Source: the human T2T-CHM13v2.0 reference genome, Homo sapiens
Direction: 5' to 3' (one strand)
NCBI RefSeq assembly: GCF_009914755.1
Contig: NC_060927.1
DNA: 64,000 bases
Shown piece after piece: positions 1 to 14,859 of this stretch. A program made the translations under genes and the position numbers. Below the pieces are notes generated by a model. The model was not told the DNA's origin. It made no database searches and saw only the letters and a list, made by a program, of their open reading frames with translations. Position 1 is the first letter of the stretch. Each line of letters opens with the position of its first letter.

Positions 1-353
1 TTAAAAGAAAATTTAAAAAAAACTTTTTAATGTTTTTATGAGTACTGGAAGGACTAGTTTATGGCATGCTCTACCCAAACACTTTCTATTTTTTTCAGCT
101 CTATAAACTCTTGTTAAATATAAGACCAATTAGAATTTTAGGCAGGCAAGACACATTGGTGTGCAAATCAACAAAATACCTCACTGTGAAATCTAGGTTT
201 TGAATTTTTAAAGTATTTCGAGGACACCGCTACTAGTTTGCATATAAAGATATTTAATGTACACTTCATTTGTTAGGTCCTTTTCTAAATTTGGCTTGCT
301 ATCCTAAAGACACAAATTAGAGGTCAGATGATAAAAAATAGAACATAATTAGA

Positions 354-726
<373 letters not shown>

Positions 727-727
727 T

Positions 728-1022
728 TATTTATTTATTTAGATACAAATCTCCCTGTTGCCCAGGCGGAAGTGTAGTGGTGCAATTATGGCTCACTACA
801 GCCTCCAACTCCTGGGTTCAAGGGGATCCTCCTGCAACAGCCTCCTGAGTAGCCGGGACTACAGGTGCAGGCCACCATGTCCGGCTAATTTTCTTATTTT
901 TTTGTAGAGACAAGGTCTTGCTTTGTGGCCCAGCCTAGTCTGGAACTCCTGGGCTCAAGTGATGCTCCTGCCTCAGCCTTCTAAAGTGCTGGGATTATAG
1001 GCGTCAGCCACTGCGCCCGGCC
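728..1022 (-). mobile_element. AluJ
   Basis: Dimeric Alu, reverse; flanked by cctttgtc(c/t)ttctt repeats. Confidence 0.88.
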
Positions 1023-2597
1023 CCTTTGTCTTTCTTGTAAGCACACACGTGCTTATATGCTTGAATTCTCACTATGTCATGCAATGCAAATAAAAAAAAT
1101 TGTTACTTCAATTTGGCATTCTAGTTAGATCTCATTTTTTAATTTTTTTGCTCTCTATAAGAATGATAAATTTGAGAGTTTGATATTTCTTCCCAAAATA
1201 GAGAAATCTTGGTGTATATTTCCAAATTCAAACCTGGCATCTTACATTTTAGTATTGAAGAACGGTTTGTCATCTATTCAACATCTATTCGATGCCAGGA
1301 GTGGTACTAGTTTCTGTGTTAAGCATAATAAACACAATCTTCTCCTGTGCACTAGAACCTCACTGTCATGGTCCCACAAATAACGGCCAAAAAGAGTTGA
1401 ACTCCTCTACTTGTAAAAAGGCTATACTCTGACTTGGTGCTTATAAACCCACATATTCATTATTCAGAGTGACACAAAGAGAATGACCCAAAAGCCCAGG
1501 CCTAGGCAAGGCCAAGTTCTGCAGAGATACCAGTAGTCCAGATGCTGATTTACTTCATGTACTAGAATAATTTTTTTTTACCATTTCAATTTTTCACTAT
1601 CCATGCTTCTTTTTTTGTTCTCAACATGTGCCCATTATTCCTGGTAATTTTGGCTTTCTCTCTGCCTTTGCTGTGCTTAGATATGAAGTTCATAATGTTG
1701 CCCCCCAAAAGCACCAAAATAGGCACAAACCTAGCAGACATCTGGTTGTCCAATGAACCCTTACATTGGCCTAGAGTAGTGGTTACTTGCACTTTGCCCC
1801 ATTGTGGCTCACAGGCATGATTTGTTGAATTTACACAGTGTTTATGATTCTTTTCTTCAGTTAAATATGGAAGGTTTTACACAAAATGTCTTGATGATGT
1901 AGCAGTAATCGAGATGTGTCTAGTGGCTACTTTGGAGGGAGTGTGTGTTCCCATTGCAACAAAATCATCAAGCAGTCTTATTCATGTGTTCACATCAACG
2001 TGATCTTAAGATCATGATGACTGGCCCGGACCCCAGTAACTCTGAATGGCAGCTGATATATTTTGGTAACGGATAAGAGTTGAGGGTCAGTCTCAGTGCT
2101 AAAAGGTGAAGAGCCAGGTCTGCTGTTGAGCACAAGTGAAGGAAGGAAGAACAACCTCCATGTGTGGAAGACGGTGAATCAGGGCAGCCACATCTTGGCC
2201 CAGACAGCTCTAGAAGGTGCGCTCCCTTCGTAGCCACTGGTTAAGTGTAATATTATAATTTTCCATCACATGGTAGTAATGTGTCTGGAGGAAGGATCAC
2301 CTTTTTCTAGATCATGCAGATCACCTTTGGGTTTGTTCCCTATCGAAAGCATAGGGGAACAAGTAAGAGTAAAGTTTGCTTTTAAAGGATTTAAAACATA
2401 AATTTAAAATAAAAATATTGTCAAGGGATAGAGGAATTTGTTGTTAAAACACTCAAGAGAATAAATACTTGTTTAGTTGATTTATGTAAGTACAGAAACT
2501 AAAATAATTATTTTTTATTTGTTAAAGTAAAACTTCTGTTCTCTACTGTCAACCTAATTTGAATGCCTGTGAAAATATAAAATATCAGAAGTTATTA

Positions 2598-2829
2598 TTT
2601 GGTTGGTGCAATAGTAATCGCGGTTTTTGCCATTACTTTTTTTTTTTTCTTCCTTTTTGTGGAGAACGGGGTCTCACTATGTTGCTCAGGCAGGTCTTGA
2701 ACTCCTGGGCTCAAGCTGTGCTCCTGCCTCTGCCTCCCTAAGAGCTGGGATTACAGGCATGAGCCACCGTGCCCGGCTTTGCCATTACTTTTAAAGGCAA
2801 AAACCGCAATTACTTTTGCAGCAACCTAA
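2598..2829. mobile_element. MADE1 (Hsmar1-derived MITE), interrupted at its centre
   Basis: Left half tttggttggtgcaatagtaatcgcggtttttgccattactttt; right half tttgccattacttttaaaggcaaaaaccgcaattacttttgcagcaacctaa; both match the 80-bp MADE1 palindrome. Confidence 0.92.
2641..2777 (-). pseudogene. BC200 (BCYRN1)-derived retrocopy, Alu domain plus A-rich region (FLAM_C-like monomer)
   Basis: Reverse complement has the BC200-diagnostic CCCAGCTCTTAGGGAGGC, GACCTGCCTG and GAGACCCCGTTCTCCACAAAAAGGAA. Perfect 15-bp TSD tttgccattactttt (2626-2640 / 2778-2792). Confidence 0.82.
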
Positions 2830-5800
2830 AATGCTGTTTCAAAATATTGTGTGATTCTGATAACACCCTTCATGGTTTATCTGGTGAAACAAATAAATAT
2901 AAAAACCCAGGTTTACATGAAATAGAATCAGTGGAATAATTAGGCAATTTGTGGAAGGATACTTTGCTTTTAAAAACTGTAATTCACAGAACAATTTCAT
3001 TGGTTTCTTTTTAAGTTGGTAGAAGAAAGAGTACCCAATACTTACAATGACCTTATCTTTAAGTAGTCCTGTTCTTTTGAGGCCAAGAATCTTTTATCGT
3101 CACCCTCAGAATTGGGTTCTGGTGTTTCTCCCTTGGCTTCCGTCTGTTTCTTCACCATTAAATGCTTTCATCTACTTTCTCACTAGGACCAAAGTGTCTT
3201 TTAACCATGCAACCTTCTTAATGGATTTCAGTCAGATGCACATAGAAGTTTGGTATTCCTGTTCTTTATCTTTGGTTAATTGTGTTTTTTCATGAAGTAT
3301 ATTGTTATTGAATTTATTATCTTAAGGGGAACATCTCATTCATTTCATTACCCAGTTGCCATTGTCATATGAATGCTTGAAATTTCATTTATATTTCATT
3401 AATTCCATTGAACTTTGGAATCATAAATGCATGATTCTTCAAGAGCATCTACATTAAGAAACGTTTCTTATGTGACATTGTTTCCAGCCTCCTTTATGGC
3501 TGTGGTCAGTTCTGAATCTTTGCATCAGAAACAAAGATATAAAATGATTGTCATGTCTGTATCCAGAGATCTAGTCAATAGGTATATTTCTGAATACATT
3601 TAAGAAGTAATTGAATTGCATCTGATTTATTCATCATTCTTAAACTATTTCTTTTTGACAAACTGTCGTCACCAACTCTACTGCAGTTTCCTCATTTAAT
3701 GTTCTCCTTCTACTGGGAGAGTTGAGCTGCCTTCCTTTGTACCAGTTTTCATTTTTATTTAAATTCTACCCAGAATATGACTGTAGTCCTTTGGTTTTTC
3801 CCTCAGGTCTGTAGAGTCATTTGCCCCCTTTTCATTTCTGCCCTTCTTTCATAGTTGAAAGGAAACTTCAGAACTCAAATGCTTTGCAAGTTGCGAACCC
3901 ATTCTTTATATCATGTCGGTGTTACAGACTGCTTAATTATTTTTCTCCATCTGGAGAGGCTTAGTAATTAAATGAATTGCAGCACCTGGGATTATTTATA
4001 GACATTGAGAAGGCAGGAGGAGTTCTTGATGACTCATCCATCCAGGGCTGGCGAGGAAGCCTTTCTCTCCACTTCCCTGCATTTCACCTTCCCCCTCCTT
4101 CCCCACCATAGGTAGATATGATCTGTCCTTCCTTTGACCCACTCTGACTTATAGCATTCCATCTTGTATTAAAGCTGTTATTTTACTTGCTTTCTTCTGC
4201 ATTAATACTGTGAGATCATTGAGGCTTGAGAGTCTTCATTCATCATTATGTCTCTTACACACGGCTAAAACTGTGGCTTGATTGTGTAAATACTTAGCTG
4301 AATTTCATGGAAACACATTTAGGCTCCATTGTCTAGATTGGAAAGGGACAGCCTAATAGCTTATTAGCTACAAATTATAAAAAATAGGCATTAGGGGGTA
4401 GAGCCTGAGACTACTAGAGTATAAACTCTCTGAAGTTGAAGTCTGTGTCTTGTTCCTCTTCTTTTTGTATACCACCAACCCACCTTTCCCTAGCCCTCAC
4501 AGTAGTGCATTGACCTCAATTATTGCTCAGGAAATATATACTAAGTAAAACTGAGTTAAAGGAAACCTCTGTGTTTTATCACATTATTAATTATTTGGGT
4601 TTTTGAAAAGCATATATCTAGATGGCTGTGTAAGCGTCACCCAAAAAGGTTGCTGTTTGTGTCAGAAGTGTAAGATTCTTGAGCTGGTCAAGGACATTGA
4701 ACATGAAGACTGTGTAACGATTCATTGAGGTTGGTACCTCTCTTTCCTGGGGCTCCATTGGATCAAACATGTTAAAGGGATGCATCTCCATTCTATAGTG
4801 CGTTCAGAGGCCTTAAAGGACTGTTTTACTGTAAAGAGTATCTGGGTGTATCTTTATAAGGTTTCCCAATAAAATGCGTTTATCTCACTAGGTGATGAGT
4901 GAAGAGGGTTTTTTGGATCATTTTGCTAATTTTCTTTCCCATTGTCTCTGCCTCTTTCTTGCATTTTTCTTTACTAGGGTTCCTCTATGATAGTTGATGA
5001 GTTAGCTTCTGTGTGTTTTAGTTCATCTGTTAACTTTTTCTTGCTCTTGCTATTCTTTACATGTCTATGTTTTTCTGCCTCTTTCCCCCCTTTCTCCTTC
5101 AGATTTTCTAAGCAAACAATGTAAGATTTTCTTGCTTATGTATTCATTCTTGCATTCATTTGCTAACTCATTTGTTCACTCTGCATATTTCTTAAGCACC
5201 TTCTCTGTGCCATGCTCCATGGAAATCATGAGGTATCCTCAGAATTGTGTCCTGCCCTCAAAGTAGTTGAGGGACAGTAAGTTTTCAGAAGGGCCTTAAA
5301 ATTCTTTCTTCAAAAGTAGCTTCATTTTATCTTTGGGAGCTAGGGGAGGACAGATCAAGTCAGGCAGATAAAATCTCAAGAGAATAATGCAAGAATTATA
5401 TCTTATGTATATTTTTAAAATGATAAATATTTCAGTTTGAGAGTATGAAGTTTCGACTTGTAAATTTTAGAATTGGACTCTTCTTTCTCCATTTTTCTTC
5501 TGTTCTGGTATAAAGCAGAACACCACTATTAAAGTATAATTCATTCCTTTTATTTATGGTGACCTAAATTAATCTTTTTATTCTTTTTAACTATCCCAAA
5601 AGAGTCTTTTTCTTTTTTTGATGAAGAATAAATTTTCTATCGTGTTATGGTTTTAATTTTTTTTTTTCTTTTCATGGTTCTGATGGCAGTGTGAAACAAG
5701 GGCCTTTAACTCTGGAGAGAGAGAGAGAAGGGATAAATTAGTAATTTTACCCATCTACCAAATTCCCACCCTAACCCCAGACCCCCAGAAAAAAACAAGA

Positions 5801-7460
5801 ACTATTTTTGAGTCTGAGAAAATTGAGTTTGTGTTGGAGAATGGTGGTAGATTATTTAGAACTTCCTTCTTAGACTGCTTTACAAGATAATGACGGTAAA
5901 CTAATATGATTCCTAATTTATTCCTTTCCAGTTGCTGCTGTTTGAATATCGTCCTTCTGGCATTTTCCACATCCTTGGTTTTATCCAGATATAAGTTCAA
6001 TTCTTTCACTACATTACCTAGAAGTGCAATTTCAGAATGTTTTGGGTTGATTAAGAAGACTTTTTTTTAATCCACAAACAAAAATTAAAATACATATGTT
6101 CCAATTAAACTATTTTAACAGCTAATTGATTTCATAGGACTTACCATTAAGTGAAGGCCAGAGTCATTCTTAATGTTCAATTGCAGTTTTGGAATAGATT
6201 TGTGGATGTACAACATTGAATTTATAGCCTATCAGGTGTTTTCAGCACATCTTCTTCTGCAAATGGCCTGTAATTCAAATTTCCTCTTAGTGGACATTAC
6301 AGAGGACTATTTAATTATTGGCGAAGCATTACATAATTAAGAGACTTTGAATTCTTTGAATGTGACCATGTGAAAATCTATTTAAATTAAATCATTGCAC
6401 TTCAAGGACGTTACCAAGTACTTTGCTTTTGTACATCATTGAATGATAGTTTAAAATTGTTTTGGCCATTAGTTTTCATGTAAGTCACAGAATGTGATTT
6501 TCGTAAACTCAGAGAAGATCTTAGGCACTCTGTAGTAACCTTACTATGACAGATGACAGGCCTGACCCTCTGAAAGGTTAAGTGATTGACCGTGGTCCCC
6601 TAGCTCTTTGCAGTCTGCCAAGCCAAGAATTTGAGTTGTGTGACTCTCAATCCAGCGACTTTGTTTTTTCCTAGATTTGGTCTTCCTGGAATATGACCTA
6701 GTAGGATGCTTTAGCTGATTAGATTTATCGGGAGAACTCCTGACATAAAGCACTTTATATTCACAACCGTTCTTACCTCTCTTTCCTCCCCCAGATAAAT
6801 TAGTTGCAAGATGTTTCTAAATAGAATACAAACACCACTAATAAAAGTTAACATTTGCTGAGGACTTAACTGATGTAAAATGCTAATGACAACTACTATA
6901 CAGTGTCTCACTTAATCTTCACTGGGACCCCTCAAGGTATTATTACCTCCATTTTATAGATGTGGAAGCTGAGACATGGAGCTTTTTTCAGTATAAATTA
7001 CTCAAAATTACACAGGCCACTAAGTGTTGGAGCCAGCATTTCAATGGCAACCATATATCTCCAGGGTCTGTGCTCTCAGTGAAGAACTGAATGGGAAAAG
7101 TTGGGTTTTCTGTTGAAGAGGGTAGAGGGAGAAGTATATATTATTGGTCCCAGTTATTGTCATCTGCATATAATTGCCTTCAGGCCTCTCAGTTTTGCTG
7201 ATAGCTGAAGAGGTATTTTCTTGTAACTTAAAATTATGTTCTTCTTTTTGTCCATAGTTACAATCTTCGATCCTAAATTATCTTAGGCTGTGTGTCTGTA
7301 ATTATTTTATAGATTTGATGACATCTTTTTTCTTTAGTTTCCTCCCTTTTATAAAAAGGCTATAAAGAGTATAGAATAAATGCTGTGGTTATGTAAGCAT
7401 AGTGTGAGTGAATGGGGTAAAGATTTGAACTTTGAATTGAATGTATTAACCTTTTAATGG

Positions 7461-7682
7461 CAGCAGTTCTGAAGTGGGGAGGGAGGGAATGGGGGTTTTG
7501 CCCCACAGGCAATGTGGCCATGTCTGGAAACACTTTAGGTGTGTCAGGGTAGAGGCACTGCTGGCATCTCACGGAGAGTGCCCAGGAACGCTGCTGAACA
7601 TCCTGCAGTGCACAGGAGAGTCCTCCACAACCAACAGTTAGCAGCCCAAAATGTCTGTGCTGGCTGAGGTCAAGAAACTCAG
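7461..7682 (+). mobile_element. MER20 (hAT-Charlie)
   Basis: ttttgccccacagg...atgtctggaaacac...ctgctgaacatcctgcagtgcacagg...gaggtcaagaaactcag. Confidence 0.8.
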
Positions 7683-10600
7683 CTTTATGGTCATCAACTA
7701 GCTAAGTGACTGAAGATATCAGAATATCTTCATCTCGGTAGAGGGGGGTCAGTTAGGGCTATTTGGGTTATTTTCTGCAGGCCGAAGGCCATAAGAATAA
7801 CTAATAATCCCAGTCCTAAGAACTCCAGTAGTCCCTGGCTAACCAAGACTTGAACAACTGGGATTCCAACATAAAGTGCAAAACTTGCATGCCAAAATAT
7901 TTAAATCTGCCCTATTCCTACATATCCTAGGTTTACCTCCGCCCTGTTAAATTAAAGCACCCACATGGGTATTTGTTTGCAGACACTGCAGTGATTTTTG
8001 AAACAAGCACCAATTTAATAGAACATTGACTTAGATGTAGAAAAGTAAACAGAGGTAAGAAGGTAAGAGCATGTACAAATGCTTTTGAACTTGAAATCAG
8101 CGAGAGCTAGTTTAAAAAACTCATAGGAAGATCAATGAAACTCCCTTGCAGAGGTTGTAGGAGAACCTGCTTCTGTAAATTACAGCACTACACAGTTTCC
8201 TTAGCATTATAGAAGGATTTTCCCAGGACAGGATTTTAAAATGATAAACGCTGGCTTATTTTAGAGGGTTACTGTTGTCTCTTGCGAAATCTTTTTACTA
8301 TCTGGCCATCTAGGCATTAAGGGCCAGGATTATTAACCATCTTTAACTGTATGCATACAGATGCTACTCACCTGTGCCCATTTGAGAAGAACTTTACAAT
8401 TCTCTTTTGATTTTGTTGTTCAGGGTTTACACTGAAGCTACTGTTTTCTCTATCTACAGCATCTTAACATTTATGATATGTCTCAACCCATCTGAAGCCC
8501 AGAACTTTTGTTCTTTGTCTTTTCTGGATAATGCCTGCCTGTCTCTTGAGTATCCCTGTGACCCACATTCCCAAAGCAGATATCATGTACATCACATAGA
8601 TTATATTTTAAGACAGACCAGTCTGCACAGATCTTTCTGATTTTATGGAAATACATCCAACCATTTTTACATGATGTGATGGCAAACTTGGAAGAAACTT
8701 AATTTTATTTGTCCGTGTGAGACTTTTTATGATTTTCCCCCATGTTCCTCTTTTTCTGTTAACATCTTGATCTTGGTAACACTGTTTTGCTGATTGTGAT
8801 ATTTTTCAAGAATGCAACTCCTGTGGTTTGTAAAGGATTAGGAAACGGTCTATTGCAAGAACGTCCATGATAGAAATATTTTATCCTTCCTGCCTTTTAA
8901 CTTGCCATAGGTCAGAATCTCAATGTGATATAGTAAAAGACACAGTAGTTGGTGCTCATATCATCTCTTTATTATGATTGTACAGGTGTCTTCTGAGAAA
9001 ATTTTTAGCATCAAATCCCCGTTTGGGGTCTGTTGGGAGCTATGAGCATAGCTGTGCATTCACTCACCTCAACAAGCTGGTACAGCAAATTCTATTTTTC
9101 TTGGCTCATTGTGTTCTCTGAGTATGTATTAAGTTGTATGATTTTTTTGTGAGTGTGCAAATTCCTAGGTAGCTGTATAAAAATGATAGAAGAGAGCTAA
9201 CTAATTTAGGTCTTGCGTATTTAGAATTTGGATTTGTCCAAAGTTGATGTAAGCCAAGAATTACTTATGCATTTTTAAGAAGGCATTTTATTAGACACAT
9301 CAGGACTGTAAATAAAATTGCAATGGGAGGAGTTGCTACCTCCATGTATCAACTGGCCATTGTCAACCCATTTTATGTGGGTATATTCATTTAATATAGC
9401 CCTTTGGTTATAACAGAGGACTCTTATGTGTTCACACAAATGGATTTGGTGAGAGATACTTCTAAAATTACACTGTCAGTAATTTGTTTGCACCACATAT
9501 AATAAAATGTTCTGCATATGAAACAATACTCAATTCTGACTCTTGGATAATTCACTTCCAGGGACTTCTCCATCCATATTACTGAGGTCTTACTCAACAC
9601 TGTGCAGCGTATTCCCTGGTAGCTTGGCATCCCTGAACACCATTCTAATGAGGTTTCAGTGAATTATTTCTATTTTTAGGCACTCTTCAAAGGTGGCTGC
9701 CAGACACTAGTTCTAGTTTTTTTTTAAACTGAACCGATTATAGGGTTTAGTGCCAGATGCTTCAGAAATGCAAGCAGCTAGCTAACACAAAGCCAATACC
9801 TAAGTCTTTTAGGAAAAGAGATGAATGTTTAGGGTCATATCTGAACTTAGTAGCACAGCTACTCCCCCGCTGCCCTTTTTAATGGCTGTCAGACCAAAGT
9901 TTTGTGGTTTCTCTCTATTTTGAATTTTGTAAGTGAAAAATGTCCTCATCCGACTAAAACAGATCAGACAGGTAAAATCCCAAGTCTTCTGAAAAGAGAC
10001 TTTCAGTGTCTGACTCTCTTTGAATATTAACAATAGTAAAAATAACAGTAGGTGATATTTACGGACTCTGCTCATGTGTCAGCGCCTCTGATAATTCTGC
10101 CAAGCATTCTATGTGCGTTATCCCATTTCATGCTCATAACAGCCCTCTGAGAAGGAGATTCTGATTCTAGAACCTTCCCCAGATGCTAAGAGTCCCTTTG
10201 ATTCTGAAATCCATGTCTGAGGTGTTGGAGTGAGGCGTCTATGTATAAATTCCAACTTGCCACTTACTGGCTTGTTCCTTTGGACAAATCTATTCAATCC
10301 CATGCCACTTCAATCCCTTTGTCCATAAAATGGAAATACCAATTTGCTGCGAACTTCAAATGAGATAATGTCTGTGAAAGTACTGTGGAGAGGTCTTTGA
10401 CCCAAAAAACATTTTGATGATAAAAATAGTTAAAATAACAATGTTGATGATGATAATTAGCAACGACTAGGGTTAAAAAATGCCAAAATAAAAGGAAATA
10501 CTTTGAACCATTACTTCCCCATACCATGAAGTCTGTCCCAGGACATATATCGCTTCAGTATGTCAAATATACACATCCTCCTGGCCTACTTGCATGTTGT

Positions 10601-11440
10601 TGGAGGGTGCTTCAGATCTGATTGCAGTTGGCTGTGAGACAAAGTCTTAACTAGTTGTTATTGGTGCTATAACTCAGTAATTCAGGAGGAGGTAACCAAA
10701 TTCAAATTTCCTCAAGGAGCATCTGCATGTCTTTCTTACTACTTTAAAGAGGAGCTAAAGTAATTAGTCTTAACACCTTGGATGATAAAAGAAATAGATT
10801 TAATTGGAGCAGCCAAGTCGGCTGAGAGAGAGACAAGTAACACATTGATATGGACCCAGATGCCTCCAGATGGTGGTGAGGCCATTAGAACGTAAAAGGG
10901 CCCTATAAGATTTTCCCCTGGACCCCAAGGAACTGCTTAATTCCTAGTAGTGAGTTCCTCTCCAGGGTCAAAGTCATAAAACGGGGATCCTTTATGTGGC
11001 CCTATGTATGCTGGAAATGTATCCTTTCCTGTGAGCTTCCTTATTAGTGTCTACTTGGTTAGAGACAATGCCAGCAGTGGGATGTGATCGTTGGAGATTT
11101 TAGAATACTAGGGCATGGGAATTATTACCTGTTCTGGCAATTTATTTCATTAGTCCCAGTGTTTGCCGTGGAGGGGAGGTGGGAGTTGAGTGGGAGATGT
11201 TATTCTCTTCTATATGGGGCAGTCTTGACTCTTGAGTTCCCCATGGTCTAAAGGGACGAGATACCCCCATACAGCATCCCACCTACCTTCTCTCTTGTGT
11301 CCCTTCTCTTGCCTTCTTTGTTCATTTCCTTTGCAATGTTGTGGAATCACTATAGTGTCCCATATATGGTGGTTCAGCTGCTGTTCACAGAACTGAATTA
11401 AACGTGGTCCCTATCATTAGGGAGGTTACCCCTTATACAT

Positions 11441-11442
<2 letters not shown>

Positions 11443-11487
<45 letters not shown>
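11443..11487. repeat. (AC)n microsatellite, about 22 units
   Basis: Direct inspection. Confidence 0.97.
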
Positions 11488-11490
<3 letters not shown>

Positions 11491-11514
11491 TGTAAACTCC
11501 TTAAGACAAGGACC

Positions 11515-11862
<348 letters not shown>

Positions 11863-11879
11863 CTATCACAGAGAGATAA

Positions 11880-12155
11880 TGAATGAAGACATTCCTTGTG
11901 AGTCAGCTTGGTGAAGAAAATGGACTCTAAATCCAGATTGCTCAATTAAATCTCAGTTCTGCCCATTAGTAGGAGTAAAATTCAGTCAAGTACACTTAAC
12001 CTTTCTGTGCCTCAGTTTCCTCATTTGGAAAATAGGACCAGTAATAAGAGACCTACCTTGGAGGGTCATTTTGAGGTTTGTATTAGTTAATACGGGTAAA
12101 ATCAACAGGTGACTGGTATGTAGTAAGTCCTCAGTAAATACTAGCTCTCATTATA
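11880..12155. mobile_element. MIR (representative; similar MIR cores near 6850-7080, 10230-10400, 13380-13540, 35330-35530, 37300-37490, 40840-41030, 63230-63450)
   Basis: cttaacctttctgtgcctcagtttcctcatttggaaaatagg core. Confidence 0.7.
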
Positions 12156-12349
12156 ATTTAAACAATAGCATGTGCCTGTCATATGTGTAGTGATAAACAT
12201 AAGTTACCATGTACAACAGTTGTGCAGTGGGAAGGGTCGTTAACCTGCATGTGTGAGAGAGGAAAGGCATTCTCACCTAACAGGTTTGTGATGTGTTACT
12301 ATTTTCTGTTTCTTCCTCTCCAAACTCAGTGGGCCGAGAAAGTGTAAAA

Positions 12350-12527
12350 CAACTTTCCTCAATCATGGCTCCACACTGGAATCACTGAGCAAGCTTTAAA
12401 TAATACCGATGCTCAGGTTCCACCCCTGGGATTTAGATGTAATTGGTCCAGGAGATGGCCTGAACATCGGTATTTTTAATAGCTGCTTGCGTGATTCTAA
12501 ATAGTGCACACAGGTTGAGAACTAGCA
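12350..12527. mobile_element. MER5A-like (hAT-Charlie)
   Basis: ggaatcactgagcaagctttaaa...gatgctcagg...gtgattctaa...ggttgagaacta. Confidence 0.7.
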
Positions 12528-14859
12528 GAGCTTATCAGAGATCCCTTGAGGTCCCTTAATTGCCCTCCATCCCGGCTCCTATCAGGCTAGCTTGCTGCTT
12601 AGGCGGTTGATGATTCATTTAGGCCATACTCTGGGGACTCTAGTTTTCTTAAAGAGCATGTTCTCAACTCCTGAGGTTCATGATCCTCCCGCCCTCTGCT
12701 TCCCAGAGTCACACCAGTCCAACTTGAATTCTCTTCTCATTTTATAGTGAACGGCAGGAAGCCAAGTGATCAGACGTGCCATTGTCTGTTGGTTTCCCCA
12801 CCTTGGTTTATTATAAAAAGTAGTAGTAATCTCACAGGTGGAGGGGAGCGTGGTCATTTGTCCCACCTCATTGGCACCAAAAGAAACCCAGGTATGAGAT
12901 TTGCTCATAAGGTGGATTGGAGGATATGACTGGCACCAGAGGACGGTATACGTTTTCATGCTTCCTCCCTTGGAGATGAGCATGTGGAACAAGGCCTGCC
13001 TGGCCTATCAACTCAGGTACAAGGGATTAGGAGCAGGTGCATGGTTGGCCCATGGACCTGCATATACTGGAGGCTGGAAGTAAGATCATCCCCTCGGGCT
13101 GTTGCCTGGGAAGATAGCTCCAGAGGAAAGGGCTGAGCTTGCTTTTCCTTTTAGTGAACCTGCATTAAGATGGACCTATCCTTACCTTGGGGAGAGGTAG
13201 CTGGGGGTAGAGAGGGAAGAAAGACAGCTTTTTTTCCAAGCACTTTGGAATAAATTAGTTTTGCTACAAATTACTACATCTGGTGAGAGAGGAAGGGCAA
13301 GTTCTTACCTTCTCTCTTCCTTTTCCTCCTGCTTCTCCTATTACCAGTAATATTAAGGAAGAAAACTTTGTTTCTGTGTGCCAGTTCATATCCATTATCT
13401 GCTTTGATGCCTCAAACCTGTAAAGTAGGGACTTCTATCCCCAACTGACAAATGAAACCAAGGAACAGAGATATTCAATGATTTGCCCAGGGCCACTCAA
13501 CTAGAAAACGGTAGGATTTGAAGCCATGTCTTTCTTACTCTGGAGGCTCTTTCCCTCTTCTGAACTTCAATATTAGGCTGCCTCCTACCCTCCTGGAAAC
13601 TCCCTACCCCCTTTTTCTTCCAAAGAGTGTGGATCTAGGGTAGGGTCAGCCACTCCAGTATATGTCTGGTCATCATCCCTTGGTGGGGTGCCCTTGTGAC
13701 AATACTTAGGACCTAAGACAATTAGGACTTTGAGGAAAAGTCTTTTTTTCAGTGGAGATCTTGTACTTTGGAACCACTTCTTCTGCAGGTCGCTCTCTCC
13801 TGAAATCTGGATGGTGCTATGGTCGTGAGAGCTTCGTGTTTTCCACTAGTCCACCTCCAGACATTCCGTTGAATACCTATGGAATCTCACTTCAAGCTCA
13901 TACAAATTGGTTGTTGACGGTTATTGCCATGCAGCTCCCCTGGTCCCATTGCTTCAGTAAAAGATTTTGGATATTCTGTGCCAGGATGTACCAGGCTCTG
14001 GCAGCACCTGCTGAGTTGCTCAGTACCCAGAGCCAGTTCTCTTCTAGTCCAACGTCCCCACTGAGGCTATCCAGGGCCTATGCTGAGAATTTGTTTCTGC
14101 AGTGGACCAGAAAAGATGCTTGTCTTATGAGACTGGGGAGAGTAGGGAGGCTGATGGACCCCTCAGCTGCTGCTGAAACTTTTTAGAAGCCCAGAAGCAG
14201 TTCTGCTCATGCCTGGCTGTGTTCTGCCAAGAGGCACTTGCAGATATTCCCACATCAGGAAGGCTGCGACCTGCCGCAAAGGAGCAGTTGTATCCACAGG
14301 CCGACTGTGCCATGCAGAATGGTAATCTACCTTCTGTGCCTTTATCTTCCAGAGCAGCAACATCATAATCTTCTCTCTGGCTTTATAAATGATGAAATGT
14401 CGCACAGGGTTTTCTGTCAGGCAAACATGTAAAATCAGCCTGGATACCCAGCAAAGTACCATGCCTTCCATTACATCCTTGTTATGAAAGCTTCATTTAA
14501 AAATTCTTGGGTCATAAAGCGAAGAGAGAGCACGGTGTACCATCACCAGTTGTTAAGCAGACAGTCTTGGTGTCAGAGGGGACTCTTACGCCGTGATGCT
14601 ATCAGTTACAGAGAATGTCAAAGCTGCATCCCCCATGTGACCTTCAGTGAGGCAAAGGAAGAATGTCTACAAGGAGATTTTTGTGAGGTGGTGTGGTTGC
14701 AGCCTCGCTGTGGACTTAGGAGGCTCTCTGGGATACAAATGACAGCAGTTAGAGGTTACACCAGTAGAGGAGATCACGTACCATCCTGCGTTCTCAATGA
14801 AAGAAGAGTGTTACTGTCTCAGCCTGTCTAGCTTATACATATATAGTATAACCTGGCCT

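Noticed and set aside
7711-7732. Hairpin tgaagatat-caga-atatcttca
   Set aside because: 9-bp AT-rich stem, expected by chance in 64 kb.
13752-14831. Cluster of 100-144 aa ORFs, the first preceded by a ttttttttcag acceptor-like site
   Set aside because: No recognisable protein similarity, overlapping on both strands, lengths within chance for this GC content.
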